A DNA stretch of 64,000 nt from Thermoanaerobaculia bacterium (GTDB taxonomy: Bacteria; Acidobacteriota; Thermoanaerobaculia; Multivoradales; UBA5704). Below, piece by piece: positions 55,287 to 64,000 of this stretch (positions are counted from its first letter, which is position 1; each line of letters begins with the position of its first letter). The position numbers and the translations under genes are program-made. The stretch covers positions 1 to 64,000 of the forward strand of contig JBGAGQ010000029.1 of assembly GCA_044226625.1 (NCBI GenBank), given 5' to 3'. Under the pieces are notes generated by a model, which saw only the letters and a program-made list of their open reading frames with translations, did no database searches and was not told the origin of the DNA.

Positions 55287-56147
55287 ATGCTCGCTTCGAC
55301 GGAGATCCTGCGCAGCCGGTCGCTCACCGTGATGGATTTCCGGTGCAGCGCCGGACCGGCGGATACCCCGTTCGTGGAGCGCCATACGGGCTACGCCCTC
55401 TCGTACGTCCGCCGGGGAACGTTCGGCTACCGGACGGAAGGGCGCACGTACGAGCTGGTCGCGGGCTCGCTCCTGGTCGGACGGCCGGGCGATGAGTTCA
55501 TTTGCACCCACGATCACGTCGAAGGGGGAGACGAGTGCCTTTCGTTCCACTTCGAGGCGGGCGCCGCGGAGGCGATCGGCGGCCATGATTCTCTTTGGCG
55601 CTCGGGCGGCATCCCGCCGCTGGCTGGTTTGATCGTCCTCGGCGAGCTCGCGCAGGCGACGGTCGCCGGGGCGAGCGACGTGGGGGTGGACGAGGTGGGC
55701 TTCCTGCTCGCGGGGCGGCTGGCCGAGACGCTCACTTCACCTCGACACTCCCCGGAAGTGGGCCGGGCGGCGGACCGGCGGCGCGCGGTCGAGGCCGCTC
55801 TGTTCCTCGCCGAGAGCTCCGACCGTGAGATCGACCTCGAAACCGCCGCGCGCGAGGCGGGCTCGAGCCCGTTTCATTTCCTCCGCCAATTCTCGGCGGT
55901 CCTCGGCGTGACGCCGCACCAGTACCTGATCCGCTGCCGCCTCCAACGGGCCGCTCGCCTGCTCGCCGAGGAGGACCGACCGATCACCGACGTCGCGCTG
56001 GACGTCGGCTTCGGAGACCTCTCGAACTTCGTGCGCACGTTCCACCGCGCGGCCGGCGTCTCGCCCCGCGGATTCCGCCGGGCGGCGCGCGGCGACCGCA
56101 AGATTCTCCAAGATCGGATCGGACGCGGTCTCGTCGCCCCAACGTAA
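55287..56147 (+). CDS. AraC-family transcriptional regulator
   Basis: Cupin N-terminus; SPFHFLRQF...TPHQY...[13 protein letters not shown]. Confidence 0.92.
   Translation: MLASTEILRSRSLTVMDFRCSAGPADTPFVERHTGYALSYVRRGTFGYRTEGRTYELVAGSLLVGRPGDEFICTHDHVEGGDECLSFHFEAGAAEAIGGHDSLWRSGGIPPLAGLIVLGELAQATVAGASDVGVDEVGFLLAGRLAETLTSPRHSPEVGRAADRRRAVEAALFLAESSDREIDLETAAREAGSSPFHFLRQFSAVLGVTPHQYLIRCRLQRAARLLAEEDRPITDVALDVGFGDLSNFVRTFHRAAGVSPRGFRRAARGDRKILQDRIGRGLVAPT
56088..56125 (+). repeat. 38-bp direct repeat copy 1 (AraC 3' end)
   Basis: CGCGGCGACCGCAAGATTCTCCAAGATCGGATCGGACG, identical at 57326-57363. Confidence 0.92.
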
Positions 56148-56181
56148 TTCCAGAATCGCCGCTCGGTTTCCCACATCGAAC

Positions 56182-56836
56182 TCATCGAGCGACCTTATGA
56201 CCGAGGCGTTCAGCGAGCGAATTGGACTTGCGATCCAATCGATTCACCAACTCATTGATCTCACCCGCTAGGTTACGGCGAATCTCAAGAGATGTGGAAC
56301 ATCCGCCCTGGCTTGCTTCGATAAGCGTCCGAACCTTTTGTCCCATCTGCCGCCGCAGCCCAATGATTTCTTCGAATTGGCCACCTGCCTCGGCATCCCC
56401 AAAATAGAGCCCGATCTTCATTCTCAGGATTCGGGAATCGACCCTCCAAACCCTGCTGCTCTCCGTCCACGCCGAATCTCGTGCCGAAACTTCCACAGGG
56501 CGTGTGCAGGACGTCCAGTCCCAGAACCCCAGAAGAGCGATGTCGCTCGCTGCAGCTCCTGTTTCGGCGATAGATTTCGTGAGGCTTTCCAGGATGGCAT
56601 ATCTTTGATCGAGAACCTTCTCTTGCCGAACACGCTCCTGCTGGGCGCGAGCTTGAAGGTTCTCTTTGATCGAGAACCTTCTCTTGCCGAACACGCTCCT
56701 GCTGGGCGCGAGCTTGAAGGTTCGACCAGCACGCGGTAACCCAACTTCCAACCAGGCCAGTCAGCAGAAAGCTGACGATAGCGAACTTGATCTTGTCGCG
56801 TAAACCCTCTTCGGGTTCATCTTTCGACTTCGACAT
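56182..56836 (-). pseudogene. Low-GC membrane-anchored hypothetical protein frameshifted by a 61-bp tandem duplication
   Basis: 56602-56662 equals 56663-56723; removing one copy gives a 594-bp, 197-aa ORF (MSKSKDEP...HKVAR). Confidence 0.75.
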
Positions 56837-57218
56837 CGATCGGGTCCTTCTGCAATTGAATCTCGACGGACGTGCTTCGTCCCATCTGGATCGAAACCGC
56901 AGTATTTTGGGTCTGGTACCCCTCGAGGCTAACCTGAATGTTGTATTTCCCACGAGGCAGCCCCATGAGCCGGAATCGACCTTCGGCATTGGAAACGACC
57001 ACCAGCGGAACTTGATCCGGGCAGCAATCGCACGTCTTGGGATCGGAACAGTCCGCACAGTCACAGCCGGAAATTGCAGATACCGTCACGCCCGGGAGCC
57101 CTCGTCCGTCGGAATCAGTGATCAAGCCGACCAAGGTACCGCTGGACGATTGCCCTCGACTCGACGGAACCGCCGCAAGAAGCATCAGACCGATAGCCAT
57201 GATGAGCTTGTTGGGCAT
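56817..57218 (-). CDS. Secreted carboxypeptidase-regulatory-like domain protein with Cys-rich insert
   Basis: GGAGG RBS; GTLVGLITDSDGRGLPGVTV...SNAEGRF...LPRGKY...LEGY; insert CDCADCSDPKTCDCC. Confidence 0.75.
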   Translation of the reverse strand: MPNKLIMAIGLMLLAAVPSSRGQSSSGTLVGLITDSDGRGLPGVTVSAISGCDCADCSDPKTCDCCPDQVPLVVVSNAEGRFRLMGLPRGKYNIQVSLEGYQTQNTAVSIQMGRSTSVEIQLQKDPIDVEVER

Positions 57219-57325
57219 AGTTGCCTCCTCTACCTTTGAAGATGACGTACATACAAATGTTACCCCAGGCCGAACGATGGGCAACGAGGGGGCTTCCCGT
57301 AGGCGAATGGGCGGTTGACGAAATC

Positions 57326-57363
57326 CGCGGCGACCGCAAGATTCTCCAAGATCGGATCGGACG
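57326..57363 (+). repeat. 38-bp direct repeat copy 2
   Basis: Identical to 56088-56125. Confidence 0.92.
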
Positions 57364-57877
57364 GTACGGCTTGGGCGCGGGCGCCATCCTGGCGGCTTTC
57401 GTGGCGCTGATGGTCCCCTTCTGCGAGGCGGGCGAAGGCAGCGAGATCGTCGGGTACAGCTCGATGGTGCTCGCCTTCCTGCTGGTCTTCTTCGGCGTGC
57501 GCTCCTACCGCGACCGCGTCGCCCACGGCACGATCAGCTTCGGCAAGGCGTTCCAGGTCGGGTTGTTGATGGTGCTGGTCGCCTGCTCCATGTACGTGAT
57601 CGCCTGGGAGATCACCTACTTCAACTTCATGCCCGATTTCATCGAGAAGTACAACGCCCACATGATCGAAAAGATGCGCGCCGACGGCAAGCCGGCTGCC
57701 GAAATCGACGCCCAGTCGGCGAAGCTCGCCGAGTTCGCGAAGAGCTACAAGAATCCGCTGATCAACAGCGCGGTCACGTTCATGGAGGCCTTTCCGGTCG
57801 GCTTGATCATGGCGCTCATCTCGGCGGCGGCGCTCCGGAAGAAGCCTCAGCCGGCGCCCGAGCCGGCGTTGGCCTGA
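57364..57877 (+). pseudogene. DUF4199-like membrane protein lacking its native start
   Basis: YGLGAGAIL...GYSSMVLAF...GVRSYRD...ISFGKAF...FMPDF; begins directly at the repeat with no start codon or RBS. Confidence 0.65.
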
Positions 57878-59436
57878 GGCGACGCTCTGCGCAGGACGCG
57901 GCCGGGCCGTTCGCCGGTGACCTTTCCGGCGTGAAACACGGTCCGGCCGTTCACCCAGACCCGCTCGATGCCGACCGAGAGGGCGTGCGGATCGGTCGTG
58001 GTGGCGCGGTCGATCACCCGCGCGGGGTCGAACAGCACCAGATCGGCGAAGGCACCCGGCGCCAGACGTCCCCGCTGTTCGATCCCGACGTGAGCGGCGG
58101 CGAGCGAAGTCATCTTGCGCACCGCCTCTTCCAGGCCGAGCACCGGCTTTTCCCGTACGTAGCGCCCCAGGACGCGCGGATAGCTGCCGAATCCGCGCGG
58201 ATGGCTGCCGTCGAGCTGGCCGTCGGTGCAGAGGTTGGTATGCGGCCAGAGGAGCAGCTTTTCGAGATCGCCGTCGACCATGCTGGTCGCGATGACGCTC
58301 TCCACCCCCTCTTTGCCCTGCTTGCGCAGCGCTTCGGCGTCGCGGATCAAGGCGACGAGAGTCGCCTCGGGAGCCTCGCCCCGCTCCTTCGCGATCTCGG
58401 CGACGGTATGTCCGGCATACGCGGGGTTCGGTAGATAGCGGCCGAGCAGCAGCCCTTCGGCCGGCGCGATCTCGGCGAGGATCTTTCGCGCCTCGGCCAG
58501 GTCCTCGAAGTTCCGTTCCGGAAAGAGAACCGTGAGCGACGAGTGCCAGTAGAGGTACGGATAGACGTCGGCCGACACGTCGATGCCTTGCGCGCGGGCC
58601 CGATCGAGCTCGGCGAGAAGCCGCGGCGCCTCGCCCCAAAGGCTCCGCATGGCGAGCTTAAGGTGGGAGATCTGTACTGGGAGCTTCGCCTCTCGACCGA
58701 TCGCGAGGATCTCGTCGATCGCCGCCCAGAACGTCCGGTCCTCGCTCCGGATGTGGCTGATGTAGCGGCCGCCGTATCGCGCCGCGACCTTGGCGAGATC
58801 GATCAGCTCGCCGCGCGCGGAGTAGATGCCGGGGTCGTATTCGAGACCGGAGGAGAGCCCGAGCGAGCCCGCCTTCATGTCGCCCTCCAGCCACGCCATC
58901 ATTTTGGCGATCTCGGCCGCGGTGGCGGGGCGCCGAAAGTCCTCGCCGAGCGCCTTGTCGCGCAGCGTCCCGTGCCCCGTGTACGAGGCCACGTTCACCG
59001 CCGGCGGCGCTTTTTCGAGCCGAGCGAAGAAGTCGGCAAGCGGGTAGGACGAATCGCCGTCCTGTCCTCCGACTACGGTCGTGATCCCTTGGCTCACCGC
59101 CCCCAAAGCGTCGGGGATCTCGGACAGGTCGCCGGTCGCGTGAGAGTGCGTGTCGATGAACCCCGGCGCGAGGGCGAGCCCCCGGGCGTCGAGCACCTCC
59201 TCGCCCGGCAGGGGCGCGAGCTCCCCCAGGGCGACGATCCGGTCGCCCGCGATCCGCACGCTCCCTCGCCGCGCCGGGGCGCCGGTGCCGTCGAGGAGGA
59301 GGGCGTTCGCGATCCGGAGGGTGGGTGTCTTTTCCGCCGGGATGGGCGCGGCCGGGCCTTTTTCCGCGCCGCCGAGCCAGGCGGCACACGCGAGCGCGGC
59401 GAGAGGGAAGGGAAGGGCGCAGAGTGACCGGTTCAA
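57847..59436 (-). CDS. N-acyl-D-amino-acid deacylase (D-aminoacylase) family amidohydrolase
   Basis: PGFIDTHSH, QGITTVVGGQDG, SSGLEY, SHIRSE, HPRGFGSYPRVLG. Confidence 0.9.
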   Translation of the reverse strand: MNRSLCALPFPLAALACAAWLGGAEKGPAAPIPAEKTPTLRIANALLLDGTGAPARRGSVRIAGDRIVALGELAPLPGEEVLDARGLALAPGFIDTHSHATGDLSEIPDALGAVSQGITTVVGGQDGDSSYPLADFFARLEKAPPAVNVASYTGHGTLRDKALGEDFRRPATAAEIAKMMAWLEGDMKAGSLGLSSGLEYDPGIYSARGELIDLAKVAARYGGRYISHIRSEDRTFWAAIDEILAIGREAKLPVQISHLKLAMRSLWGEAPRLLAELDRARAQGIDVSADVYPYLYWHSSLTVLFPERNFEDLAEARKILAEIAPAEGLLLGRYLPNPAYAGHTVAEIAKERGEAPEATLVALIRDAEALRKQGKEGVESVIATSMVDGDLEKLLLWPHTNLCTDGQLDGSHPRGFGSYPRVLGRYVREKPVLGLEEAVRKMTSLAAAHVGIEQRGRLAPGAFADLVLFDPARVIDRATTTDPHALSVGIERVWVNGRTVFHAGKVTGERPGRVLRRASPQANAGSGAG

Positions 59437-59501
59437 GATGCCGCGATCGTAACTCCGAACGAGCCTCCCCGGCGCACCGCCGTGGATGACGCTGACCGCG
59501 T

Positions 59502-61205
59502 CTACGTTCTGGCGCTCGGCAGGGAAGCCAGAATCGCCTCCAGCTGACCGAGCTCGGCGGGCTTGAGAAGGTGGCCGTCGAAGCCGGCCGCGCGCGACCG
59601 GGCCTGGTCCTGTTCGGTGCCATATCCGGACAGCGCGATCACCCGCACCTCGCGGAACCGGGCGTCGGCGCGCAGCCGGGTCGCCACCTCATAACCGCTC
59701 ATCCCGGGAAGGCCGATGTCCAGAAGGATCAGCTCGGGGCGGAACTCCTCGGCGGCGGCCAGCGCCGTCGCGCCGTCGCGCGCTTCGCGCACTTCGTGTC
59801 CCCAGAACTTCATGAGGCGCGCCAGGCTCGACGCGGCGTCGCGGTTGTCGTCCACGATCAGCACCCGACGGCGCAGGGGTTTGGCCGGCCCCGCCTCGGC
59901 GGAGCCGAGATGGGGCGGCGAGGGCTCCTCGGCGGCGGCGAGCGGAATCCGGATTTCGAACTCGCTTCCTCGCGACAGGCCCGCGCTCGAGGCGCGAAGC
60001 GTTCCCCCATGGAGCTCGGTGAGGTGCCGCGACAGGGTGAGACCGATGCCCAGGCCCTCTTCGGTACGGCTGGCCGTCGAATCCGCCTGCACGAACAGAT
60101 CGAAAACTTTCGAGAGCATCGCGGGCTCGATACCTTGCCCGTTGTCGCGGACGCGGATCACCGCTTGACCGGTCTCGGCATCGCGCTCGGCCGCGAGCAG
60201 GATCCGCCCTCCACGAGGTGTGAACTTGGCCGCGTTCTTGAGCAGGTTGATCACCACTTGCGCCATCCGGACCAGATCCGCCTCGACCGGGATCGGGGCG
60301 CCGGAGAGGGCGACCTCGAGCTGATGGTCTCGCTGCGAGATCGAGTCGCGGCAGCTTTCCAACGCCCGCTGCGCGATCAATCGGGCGTCGATCCGCTGTT
60401 TGCGCAGCTTGATCACGCCGCGGGTCACCCGGCCGACGTCGAGCAGATCGTCGACCAGGCGCACCAGATTCTCGACTTGCCGCGACATCATCTCGTGCGT
60501 GTCGCGGACCTCGGGCTGCAAGGGACCGGAGAGACCGAGCAGCTGAATGCCGTTGCGCAGGGGTCCGAGCGGATTGCGAAGCTCGTGGGCCAGGATCGCC
60601 AGAAACTCGTCCTTGCGCCGGTCCGCCTCACGCAGGGCCGCGGCCGCGCTCTCGGCGGCCGCCCGCGCGACCTGCTCCTCGAGGAGGCGCTCCCGCTCGA
60701 GCTCCTGCCGCTTCCGTTGGGAGAGGTCGGTCACGAGCAGGCAGACCACGCCTTCCGGGCCGAGCAGCGGGCTCGCCGCCAGGGCGGCGGGGAACGTCTC
60801 ATCGCCTCGCAGGATCTCGGCCTCGCAGGCGACGTTCCTCCCGGTCGCTTCGGCGAGCAGCGTCTCGACCCCGACGCGGTCGGCCGGAGCGACATGATCG
60901 CTGAACCGCGACCCGATCACGGAAGAGAGCGGCGCCTCGAGCAGCTCGGCGAGCCTGGGGTTGGCGAAGAAGACGGTGCCGTCGGCGGTGAGCGTCGCCG
61001 CCCCCTGCTGCATCTGGTCGATCACCAGCCGATAAGGGCGATCGACCCCGTCGAGAACCAGGACGTGATCCTCCGAGCCCCGGCGCACCAGAAAGGCGTC
61101 GACCTCATCGCCGGAAATCGCCCGGATCGTGCTTTCGGCCTCGTCGAGCCGCTGGCGGAGCTCCTCGTTCTCCCGCAGCAGCTCGTCGAGGGAAGGCGAA
61201 GTCAT
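59502..61205 (-). CDS. PAS-domain hybrid sensor histidine kinase/response regulator
   Basis: ATG 61205; PAS domain, FLAILAHELRNPL, NLLKNAAKF, DNGQGI, GLGIGL, REC domain (VDD, LLDIGLP, KP). Confidence 0.92.
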   Translation of the reverse strand: MTSPSLDELLRENEELRQRLDEAESTIRAISGDEVDAFLVRRGSEDHVLVLDGVDRPYRLVIDQMQQGAATLTADGTVFFANPRLAELLEAPLSSVIGSRFSDHVAPADRVGVETLLAEATGRNVACEAEILRGDETFPAALAASPLLGPEGVVCLLVTDLSQRKRQELERERLLEEQVARAAAESAAAALREADRRKDEFLAILAHELRNPLGPLRNGIQLLGLSGPLQPEVRDTHEMMSRQVENLVRLVDDLLDVGRVTRGVIKLRKQRIDARLIAQRALESCRDSISQRDHQLEVALSGAPIPVEADLVRMAQVVINLLKNAAKFTPRGGRILLAAERDAETGQAVIRVRDNGQGIEPAMLSKVFDLFVQADSTASRTEEGLGIGLTLSRHLTELHGGTLRASSAGLSRGSEFEIRIPLAAAEEPSPPHLGSAEAGPAKPLRRRVLIVDDNRDAASSLARLMKFWGHEVREARDGATALAAAEEFRPELILLDIGLPGMSGYEVATRLRADARFREVRVIALSGYGTEQDQARSRAAGFDGHLLKPAELGQLEAILASLPSART

Positions 61206-61206
61206 G

Positions 61207-61536
61207 TCAGCCGCGCCGGGGCCGCAATTGCAGTCCAACCAGGGTCCGCTCGGTATCCGACAGGTCGCCGATGATGCGCCGGATCGGGTCGGGCAGCTTT
61301 CGCACCAGGGTGGGGATCGCGAGGATCTGGTCGTCGCGGGCGAGCTTCGGGTTGACCAACAGGTCGATCACCTCGATCTTGTAACGTCCGGCGAGATGCT
61401 CTTCGCACAGACGTTTCAGATTGCTGAACGCGGTGATCGACTTCGGGGTCTGGCCCGCGACGTACAGCCGCAGCTCCCAGACGGCGGCCGGGTCCGGGCT
61501 CAAGTCGGAGGGGTTTTCTTCGAGGACGGTTCGCAT
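61207..61536 (-). CDS. kaiB: KaiB-family protein
   Basis: [12 protein letters not shown]...IEVIDLL...[23 protein letters not shown]. Confidence 0.93.
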   Translation of the reverse strand: MRTVLEENPSDLSPDPAAVWELRLYVAGQTPKSITAFSNLKRLCEEHLAGRYKIEVIDLLVNPKLARDDQILAIPTLVRKLPDPIRRIIGDLSDTERTLVGLQLRPRRG

Positions 61537-61559
61537 GATCGACGAAAATATACTCCAGG

Positions 61560-63323
61560 TCAGGAAAAGGGTTCTATATCTGCAACCGAGGAGGCGATGG
61601 AGGGATCGGCACCACGGCGTTTTGCCATGTTTTCGCGCTCTCCGACCGCGGTCTGTTCGAGATCCGCGTCTTCCAGGGCGATCCGCCGCGCTTCCTCTTC
61701 GATCGCTTCCGCGTCGGCGCGCAGCGAAGCGATCTGCGCCTCGAGCGCTACACGCCGCCGCGAAAGCTCGCGCTGACGGCTCTCGACGTTGCGCTGGCGC
61801 GCGGCCTCGAGCGCACGTTCCCGCGCCTCTTGGGACGCGCGCAACGACCCGGTCAAGACCCCCTCCGATCCGACGTAGACGTCGAGCAGGTCGATTCCAT
61901 GGTCGGTCAGGCGAAACTCGCGAATCTGGTTCGAGTGCGGCATGCCGCGCGATTTGAGAACGTACAGACCGCGGTTCCGCTCGCCTCCGGCCTCGAGGTT
62001 GCGTAGCAGGATCCAGGTGTCGATCAGGGAGGAAACCTCGATCTCGGAGCTCTCCGATGCGGCGCCGGTCAAGCTGACCAGGAGAGCGGTGATCCCCTCG
62101 GACTTCAAGAAGTCGATCAGGCGCAGGAGCATCGCCTGCACTTCGCTCGCCGCGCCCGCCGCGGTGAAGCTGCTCACCGGATCGATGACCACGGCCCGGG
62201 GACGATAGTCGTGGACGAGCTTGTGGATCGCCACGAGGTGCGACTCGAGTCCGTAGAGCGAGGGCCGGGCGCTTTCAATCCGAAGGGAATCCTGGGCGAT
62301 GCAGGGGCCCAGATCGATGCCGATCGAGCGCATGTTGCGCACGATCTGCGGGGCCGATTCCTCGAACGACAGGTACAGGCAACGTTCGCCCCGAGCGCAC
62401 GCGGCGGCGACGAACGCGACGGCGATGCTGGTCTTACCCGTGCCGGCCGCGCCGCTCACCATGATGCTGCTGCCTCGGAAGTACCCGTTGCCGCCGAGCA
62501 TGGAATCCAGCCGGGGAATGCCCGAGGAGATCCGTTCGGTGCTCACGGGGTGGTCGAGGCCGATCGAGGTCACCGGCAGGACGGAAATCCCGGTCTCGTC
62601 GATCAGGAACGGATATTCGTTGGTGCCGTGGACGGTGCCGCGGTATTTGACGATCCGGATGCGGCGGGTCGACAGCTGGCCGCTCACCCGGTGGTCGAGC
62701 AGGATCACGCAGTCGGCGACGTATTCCTCGAGGCCGTGGCGGGTGAGCTGCCCCTCGCCGCGCTCGCCGGTGATCACCGTGGTCATCCCGCGCTCTTTGA
62801 GCCAGCCGAACAGGCGCCGCAGCTCGGAGCGCAGGATCGAGTCGTCCGACAGACCGCCGAACAGGTTTTCGATCGTGTCGAGGACGACGCGACGCGCGCC
62901 GATCGAATCGATGGCGAGGCCGAGGCGGATGAACAGCCCCTCGAGGTCGTACTCGCCCGTCTCTTCGATTTGGCTGCGATCGACCTGGATCGCCTCGACC
63001 AGGATCTTGCCGTCGGATTCCAACTGGTCGAGATCGAAACCGAGCGAGCGGACGTTCTGCGTGAGCTCGAGAGCCGACTCTTCGAAGCTGACGAACACCC
63101 CGGGCTCGTCGAGCTCGGCCGCGCCACGAATCAGGAACTCCATCGCGAGGAGGGTCTTGCCGCAGCCGGCGCTGCCGCAGACCAGGGTCGGCCGGCCGCG
63201 CGGAAGGCCGCCGCCGGAAATCTCGTCGAGACCACGAATTCCGGTCAGCGCCTTCGGCAGCTCGCGCGACGGCGGGGGGTTTTGCTCCAAGGGCTCGGTC
63301 ATCAGGTGAACTCTCTCGGCCAT
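61560..63323 (-). CDS. kaiC: KaiC-family double RecA-domain ATPase/kinase
   Basis: GSAGCGKT and GAAGTGKT Walker A motifs, two FEES motifs, KYRG and [12 protein letters not shown]; start may be 63302. Confidence 0.93.
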   Translation of the reverse strand: MAERVHLMTEPLEQNPPPSRELPKALTGIRGLDEISGGGLPRGRPTLVCGSAGCGKTLLAMEFLIRGAAELDEPGVFVSFEESALELTQNVRSLGFDLDQLESDGKILVEAIQVDRSQIEETGEYDLEGLFIRLGLAIDSIGARRVVLDTIENLFGGLSDDSILRSELRRLFGWLKERGMTTVITGERGEGQLTRHGLEEYVADCVILLDHRVSGQLSTRRIRIVKYRGTVHGTNEYPFLIDETGISVLPVTSIGLDHPVSTERISSGIPRLDSMLGGNGYFRGSSIMVSGAAGTGKTSIAVAFVAAACARGERCLYLSFEESAPQIVRNMRSIGIDLGPCIAQDSLRIESARPSLYGLESHLVAIHKLVHDYRPRAVVIDPVSSFTAAGAASEVQAMLLRLIDFLKSEGITALLVSLTGAASESSEIEVSSLIDTWILLRNLEAGGERNRGLYVLKSRGMPHSNQIREFRLTDHGIDLLDVYVGSEGVLTGSLRASQEARERALEAARQRNVESRQRELSRRRVALEAQIASLRADAEAIEEEARRIALEDADLEQTAVGERENMAKRRGADPSIASSVADIEPFS

Positions 63324-63391
63324 CTCGTCCGGATCGGACGCCCTAGTAAAGCAAAAGTTAGACCAAATGCCCTCCCGCCGTCAAAGACGTT

Positions 63392-64000
63392 TCATCTCGG
63401 CGAGGGGGATCCCGACCCGGCTCGCGCCGCGATCCAGTCTCCAACCTCCTTCAGCACCTCGGGGGCGACGGTCTCCTCGATCGTCCCGTACTCGTCGACG
63501 CCGCCGGTTTTTGCGTGTTGGAACAGGTGGTTGAGCTCGGGGAGGGTGCGGACTTCGAAAGCCAGAGCGTTGGCCGCGGCCGACGCCTCCGACAACGACG
63601 CGTGCAACGCCTTCGCGTTGACCGACGGGTCGACCTGCAAATCTTTCTCGCCGAACAGGGCGAGGACCGGAACCCTGACCTTCCGGAGGTAGACGGCCGG
63701 ATCCTTCTCCATGAGCGAGCGGAACCAGGGGGTGGTCGACACCTGGATCGACCGTTCGATCGCGGCGGGATCGATCCCGAGCTTCTTGCGCTCCTCCTCG
63801 GAGAAGAGCTTCCGCCGCGGCTCGATCTCCGTTCTGAACATCTCCTGGAGCGCCGGCGTCGGAATCGACGGATCGGCGATCCGCCGGAGATCCTCGGCTT
63901 CCAGCGCGAGAGCCCGATCGGTCAGCCCTTCGTCGAGGCCCTGGAGCCGGTAGAGAGCCCTCGTCTGGCGAACGAGCAGCGCTTGAAGGCTCTCGCCCGG
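63392..64000 (-). CDS. Alpha/beta hydrolase, C-terminal part (5' end outside window)
   Basis: VPVLALFGEKDLQV...LPELNHLFQ...EYGTIEET. Confidence 0.8.
   Translation of the reverse strand, partial: PGESLQALLVRQTRALYRLQGLDEGLTDRALALEAEDLRRIADPSIPTPALQEMFRTEIEPRRKLFSEEERKKLGIDPAAIERSIQVSTTPWFRSLMEKDPAVYLRKVRVPVLALFGEKDLQVDPSVNAKALHASLSEASAAANALAFEVRTLPELNHLFQHAKTGGVDEYGTIEETVAPEVLKEVGDWIAARAGSGSPSPR

Noticed and set aside
61207-63323. Bona fide circadian oscillator
   Set aside because: No kaiA in the window; sequence alone cannot show self-sustained oscillation.

Overview
GC-rich bacterial window, most likely Acidobacteriota (inferred from three PadR + ADOP-type duplicated-permease pairs and many secreted Cys-rich proteins). 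It holds mostly accessory genes: hydrolases, VOC proteins, a tricorn protease, an amidase, a complete Type I R-M system, a TM0106-type nuclease-helicase, a kaiC-kaiB-hybrid kinase cluster, a DUF4157 (eCIS-associated) protein and an M23/LamG/VWA protein. The main signal is five dispersed small genes (3938, 23721, 24147, 49804, 54992), two absent from the ORF track. They encode RiPP-like precursors with a shared Lys-rich LxLxx(D/E)TxxxL...GG leader and variable Cys/Ser/Thr-rich cores, with no modifying enzyme in the window. The two closest paralogs share a bipartite upstream motif. Also notable: two ~1.2 kb lower-GC cargos, each flanked by a direct repeat of an AraC gene 3' end; a DUF4157 protein with four 36-aa repeats and a CNF1/BLF1-like LSGC..H motif; a TA-flanked MITE; and GTAG-type REPs. 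A 3.5 kb indel-riddled tandem copy (32864-36384) and several deletion or duplication lesions suggest assembly or strain-mixing artefacts, so pseudogene calls are provisional. No rRNA, tRNA or CRISPR array was recognised. All family assignments come from motifs read by eye; no searches were run.
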